Shown here: one piece after another, positions 60,435 to 64,000 of the stretch | Position numbering within the stretch: the first letter of the stretch is position 1 | Layout: the number at the start of each line of letters is the position of its first letter | DNA from: Rhodovastum atsumiense | GTDB lineage: Bacteria > Pseudomonadota > Alphaproteobacteria > Acetobacterales > Acetobacteraceae | Assembly (NCBI GenBank): GCA_026225115.1 | Contig: JAMFSE010000107.1 | Coordinates: 1,275-65,274 of the forward strand | DNA length: 64,000 bases | Direction: 5' to 3' | The notes under the pieces: model-generated | Databases searched by the model: none | Told to the model about the DNA's origin: nothing | What the model saw: the letters and a program-made list of their open reading frames with translations, nothing else | Translations under genes and position numbers: made by a program

Positions 60435-61424
60435 GTGCAAAAATTCGAGAGCTTCCGGGATTTCAAAACCGAAGAAGAGCAACCGCTGGACCCCGATGCG
60501 GCCGGCCATTTCCGCACCGAGACCTTTAATCAATGGGTCTTCGACCCCGTAGCGAATATCGGCATGAACATCTGGTTCGCCTCCGGAGAGGGCGGTGGCG
60601 GCCAACCGTTTCCGAACTTTCTCTCAACCATCCTCATCTTCATCGGCAAGGATAAATACACCAGCATTTCGGTCGGCAAGGGCAACCACCAGGATGGCAT
60701 CGCCGCCGGCAACGCATTTCTAACCAGGATCGAACCCTTCAAACGCTGGAAGATCGACTTTCTTGGCCTGCTGGAGCGCACAGGCAGCACCGACAAGCCC
60801 TTGCTCTCCCGCCTCGACCTGATCGTCGACATCAAATCGCCACCGATCGAACAGGGCACGCAAGGCGACCGCGGCGAGGTCGGCTCCTCCGGCGCCGTAC
60901 CGCGCATCGCGATCCGCTATGAACAGCTCTGCCACATTACAGGCTCGGTGCAGATCGGGGATCGCAAAATCGAAGTGGACGCGCTTGGCGTGCGCTCGCA
61001 TCGCCGCAACTCGGCAAGCATCTACGAAACCGGCGCGGTCGGCCATACCTGGGCCACCGCAATGTTTCCAAGCGGCCGCGGCTTTCACCTGCTATCCTAC
61101 CAGGCCGCCCCCAACGCCGAAGTCAATTTCCTATACGGCCATTATTTCGATGGCGAACGCTATTTTGAGGCAACGGTGACACGGTTTCCGTACTTCTCGG
61201 GCATTAATGACGCCGAGAAATCCGCGCTGGAACTGCAGGTCGGCGAAAAACTTCTACAGGTCGAACTCGAAACCTGTCCCCCATTCTTCACCGATATTCC
61301 GCCGCAAGGGGTCAGACTCACCCGCTCGCCGGCACGCTACATGCTGGATGGCGAGGTTGGCGGTGGCGTCCTGGAACGCTCGTTGATGCCGCAATTCGCC
61401 GCCGGAAAAAATTACCAGGCCTAG
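60435..61424 (+). CDS. Hypothetical protein, beta-rich (possibly AttH/tocopherol-cyclase-like fold)
   Basis: AGGAG RBS before GTG 60435; RYEQLCHITGSVQIGDRKIEVDALGVRSH pattern. Fold is an inference. Confidence 0.6.
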   Translation: MQKFESFRDFKTEEEQPLDPDAAGHFRTETFNQWVFDPVANIGMNIWFASGEGGGGQPFPNFLSTILIFIGKDKYTSISVGKGNHQDGIAAGNAFLTRIEPFKRWKIDFLGLLERTGSTDKPLLSRLDLIVDIKSPPIEQGTQGDRGEVGSSGAVPRIAIRYEQLCHITGSVQIGDRKIEVDALGVRSHRRNSASIYETGAVGHTWATAMFPSGRGFHLLSYQAAPNAEVNFLYGHYFDGERYFEATVTRFPYFSGINDAEKSALELQVGEKLLQVELETCPPFFTDIPPQGVRLTRSPARYMLDGEVGGGVLERSLMPQFAAGKNYQA

Positions 61425-61453
61425 GCCGTGTCGCCAAACAGGACATAAATCCA

Positions 61454-62596
61454 TTGCAGGTAGATTTTCCGGATTCCAAGAACTTGATGACGCAAGCGCG
61501 GCAGCGCTCCGGCTTAAGCGATTTTGGCGATCCCGCCTTCCAAGCCAACCTCGACGCTTTGCTCGATCACGCCGGCCGCGAAGCCGATCTGGAAGCACGC
61601 GCCGTAGATAATTTGTTGAACCTCATCCGGCAACGATTGGCCAGCCGGTTGCAGGTCGAGGAATGGTACCGGAATCATCCGGAACTAAACAACGCCACGA
61701 TCGGCCAAACGGTATCGATCACGGGATTACCCCGAACCGGCACCACGGCGCTCACCAACATCCTGTCGCTGGACGATCAGTTCCGCCCGCTGCGCAGCTG
61801 GGAACAGCTAACCCCCTGCCCCCCGCCGGTACTGGCCGAGGAAGCAGACGACCCGCGCCGCCAGGCCGCCTTAACCACCCTGACGAGACTGCTGCGCGAG
61901 CAGCCGGAATTCGCCGCCATGCATCTCTCCGACGTCGATGCGACGGAAGAGGATTTCGAACTGCTCGGCCTGAGCTTCGCCGCCCAGCAGCTGACCCTAC
62001 CCTGCTTCAACTACCATGTCTGGTGGCGCGATGCGGATCTGCGGCCGGCTTTCGCCTATCACCGCCGCATCACCACGCTGCTGCAATCCCGCCGCCCGCC
62101 CAATGACTGGCTGTTCAAGGCGCCGGCCCACAGTTTCCACCTCGACGCCTTGTTCGCCGCCTATCCAAACACGCGCGTGATCATCACCCATCGCGATCCG
62201 GCAAAAGCCGTGCCCTCGACGATCAGCCTTTTAGCCAAGATGTGGCCCCCCGGCCGGAAATTCAGCCCCGAGGCATTCGGCCGCCATCATTACGAGCACC
62301 AGCTCATTGGCGTGCAACGCGCAATGGCGGCGCGCCAACGCATCGGCGAGGACAAATTTCTCGACATCCACCATCGCGATTTCGTTGCTGATCCATTCCG
62401 AAGCTTGGACCGCATCTACGCCTTTCTCGGCCGCGAACTCCGCCCCGCCGTCCGCAGCCGCATGGCGGCATGGCATTCTGAAAACCGCAGCGGCGCCCAT
62501 GGCAGCCACCATTACACAGCCGAAGAATTCGGCCTGACCGCCTCTCGAATCCGCTCGGATTTCGACTTCTATATCAAGCGTTTCGACGTATCATAG
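61454..62596 (+). CDS. Sulfotransferase family protein (Sulfotransfer_3, mycobacterial/sphingomonad type)
   Basis: ITGLPRTGTT 5'-PSB loop, WLFKAPAH, ITHRDP. Confidence 0.88.
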   Translation: MQVDFPDSKNLMTQARQRSGLSDFGDPAFQANLDALLDHAGREADLEARAVDNLLNLIRQRLASRLQVEEWYRNHPELNNATIGQTVSITGLPRTGTTALTNILSLDDQFRPLRSWEQLTPCPPPVLAEEADDPRRQAALTTLTRLLREQPEFAAMHLSDVDATEEDFELLGLSFAAQQLTLPCFNYHVWWRDADLRPAFAYHRRITTLLQSRRPPNDWLFKAPAHSFHLDALFAAYPNTRVIITHRDPAKAVPSTISLLAKMWPPGRKFSPEAFGRHHYEHQLIGVQRAMAARQRIGEDKFLDIHHRDFVADPFRSLDRIYAFLGRELRPAVRSRMAAWHSENRSGAHGSHHYTAEEFGLTASRIRSDFDFYIKRFDVS

Positions 62597-62619
62597 GAAG
62601 CCTGACCCTCTCGCAGGCG

Positions 62620-63163
62620 TTAACCGCTATCCATGGCTCCGCCCTGCCCGCCATCGAACGATTTTGCCCGCCAGAATCCCATCGCAATCCTGGCCATCAA
62701 AACTTTGATCATAAGCCTCCCGGGAAGACCCCGGTAACTCGGCACATCGTCAGCCGGCGCGCTGTCTGCCCGGTATCGCGTCATTACCCGCATCTCAACC
62801 TCCGGCGTCCCGGCAGCAAACCGGCGCCGGTACATCGAAAACCAGTGACCATTCGTGAAGTCGAGAAACATCGCCGAGTTGCAGCATGTCGCGACATAGC
62901 GGCGAGTAGGTGATTCGGGCCTGAGCCGGTAAGCCTTCAAATGCGCCCGGCCGCCGACGCAGCGAACCCGATCTTTTCGATACAGAACAACTTCCGAGCC
63001 GCCATCCGCTTCCAGCAAGGCCGGCGCGGCGGGAAGCTGCTCCAACACGCGCCCGGCCTTCTGGCAACTGGCGCAATAACAGGCCACGCTTGCGATCGGA
63101 GTCCCGGCCGCCTCAAATTCCACGCCGCCGCAGGCGCACCGGGATTTAATAGCAAACCCCCAT
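62620..63163 (-). CDS. GFA/DUF6151-like Zn-binding protein; start region anomalous (ATG out of frame by +1 G)
   Basis: In-frame RCACGG upstream of GTG 63123, then CYCASC and RYVATCCNS. Confidence 0.72.
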
Positions 63164-63165
63164 GG

Positions 63166-63645
63166 TTAGAACGGAATTTCGTCATCCAGATCAACCGCCG
63201 GCTTGGCATCCCAGCTGCTGCCGCCCGCGCGCGCAGCCGCCGGCTTGGCGGCACTCGGGCGGGCCGCATATTCCTCGCCCCCGCCACCATTCGGATTGCG
63301 GTCCAGCAGCACCATCTCAGCCCCAAACCGCCCCAGCAGCACCTCGGTGGTATATTTCTCCTGGCCCGCATTATCGGTCCACTTACGGGTCTGCAGCTTG
63401 CCCTCGAGGTAAACCTTCGAACCCTTTTTCAAATACCGTTCCGCGACATCGGCCAGCCGATCGTTCATAATCACCACGCGGTGCCACTCGGTCTGTTCCT
63501 TGCGTTCGCCGCTGGCCTTGTCATTCCAGCTGTCGGAAGTCGCAACCGTCAGGTTGACGATCTTCATCCCCGACTGCGCATTGCGAATCTCCGGGTCCTT
63601 CCCAAGATTGCCCACCAACGTAACCTTGTTCACACTTCCGGCCAT
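63166..63645 (-). CDS. ssb: Single-stranded DNA-binding protein
   Basis: MAGSVNKVTLVGNLGKDPE, TEWHRV, EGKLQTRKW, C-terminal DDEIPF; AAGGA RBS. Confidence 0.97.
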   Translation of the reverse strand: MAGSVNKVTLVGNLGKDPEIRNAQSGMKIVNLTVATSDSWNDKASGERKEQTEWHRVVIMNDRLADVAERYLKKGSKVYLEGKLQTRKWTDNAGQEKYTTEVLLGRFGAEMVLLDRNPNGGGGEEYAARPSAAKPAAARAGGSSWDAKPAVDLDDEIPF

Positions 63646-63776
63646 ATCCCGATCCTTACATAACGAGGGTAAATCCGATTTTTTCGAGCATTTACCCCTA
63701 CGCGAGCCCGCCATTCTATTGAGACGTTGGCTGAACAGCAAGCTGAACCATTACCGCCCAAAACTCAACCCAGAAC

Positions 63777-63811
63777 CGTAGGATGGGTGAGCGCGAAGCG
63801 CGTTACCCATC
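63777..63811 (+). repeat. GTAG-type REP-like palindrome (CGTAGGATGGGT...ACCCATC)
   Basis: GTAG followed by 7-bp arms GATGGGT/ACCCATC; only one copy in the window. Confidence 0.55.
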
Positions 63812-63869
63812 ACCTCCACCCCCAAAATCCCGCATTTGCACTTGCAGGATAAACCCCCATATCCTACCA

Positions 63870-63884
63870 GAACATCTTAGGAAC
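63870..63884 (+). promoter_or_regulatory. Alphaproteobacterial LexA (SOS) box GAAC-N7-GAAC
   Basis: GAACATCTTAGGAAC, 13 bp before the uvrA ATG and just downstream of TTGCAC-N18-TATCCT, in the ssb/uvrA divergent region. Confidence 0.88.
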
Positions 63885-63896
63885 ATTGAGGCAAGA

Positions 63897-64000
63897 ATGA
63901 CGATCAAGCAAGCGGCAGAAGTAGCTGGAGCCCATGCCGCGGGCGCCCCCCGTGCTACGGGCGTCATTCAGGTTCGCGGCGCCCGCGAACACAACCTCAA
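63897..64000 (+). CDS. uvrA: Excinuclease ABC subunit A, 5' fragment (runs off the window)
   Basis: MTIKQ...VIQVRGAREHNL; divergent from ssb; LexA box upstream. Confidence 0.9.
   Translation, partial: MTIKQAAEVAGAHAAGAPRATGVIQVRGAREHNL

Noticed and set aside
60186-60605. 139-aa minus-strand ORF over the divergent control region
   Set aside because: Overlaps the better-supported plus-strand gene and merely translates the 25-bp duplication.

Overview
GC-rich alphaproteobacterial chromosome segment. Acetobacteraceae (Acidocella/Acidiphilium-like) is my inference from protein style and interspersed repeats. No rRNA, tRNA, CRISPR array or transposase/integrase was recognised. Left to right: (1) a 5'-truncated amidinotransferase-family gene facing a minus-strand signalling run (REC-LuxR regulator, permease-fused hybrid kinase, sulfotransferase, pseudo-receiver hybrid kinase, KaiC-like double ATPase, lone Crp-type HTH); (2) an SsuA/C/B-like ABC importer; (3) a 12-kb surface-glycan locus (four GT-A/GT-B enzymes, YfhO-like GT-C, methyltransferase, acyltransferase); (4) an 11-kb CoA-dependent catabolic cluster (2 SDRs, LLM monooxygenase, IclR, dienelactone hydrolase, acyl-CoA ligase, thiolase-like/DUF35 pair, amidohydrolase, Tat-exported DUF1329); (5) a CHASE3 hybrid kinase-cheR-cheB-kinase cassette with no chemoreceptor; (6) an internally deleted fdhF/ydeP pseudogene, cyoABCD and a GT2 + acyl-CoA-dehydrogenase-like pair; (7) gyrB, orphan cpaE, a lytic transglycosylase, a secreted repeat protein and typA; (8) a DUF1214-LuxR-hypothetical-sulfotransferase module; (9) a GFA/DUF6151-like gene, ssb and the start of uvrA with an alphaproteobacterial LexA box. 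Best candidates for poorly characterised systems: the KaiC-like/pseudo-receiver kinase pair, the permease-Zn-finger-kinase 'transceptor', CheR/CheB acting on a kinase coiled coil, and the sulfotransferase-DUF1214 module. All family calls are from motif recognition by eye; no database searches were run.
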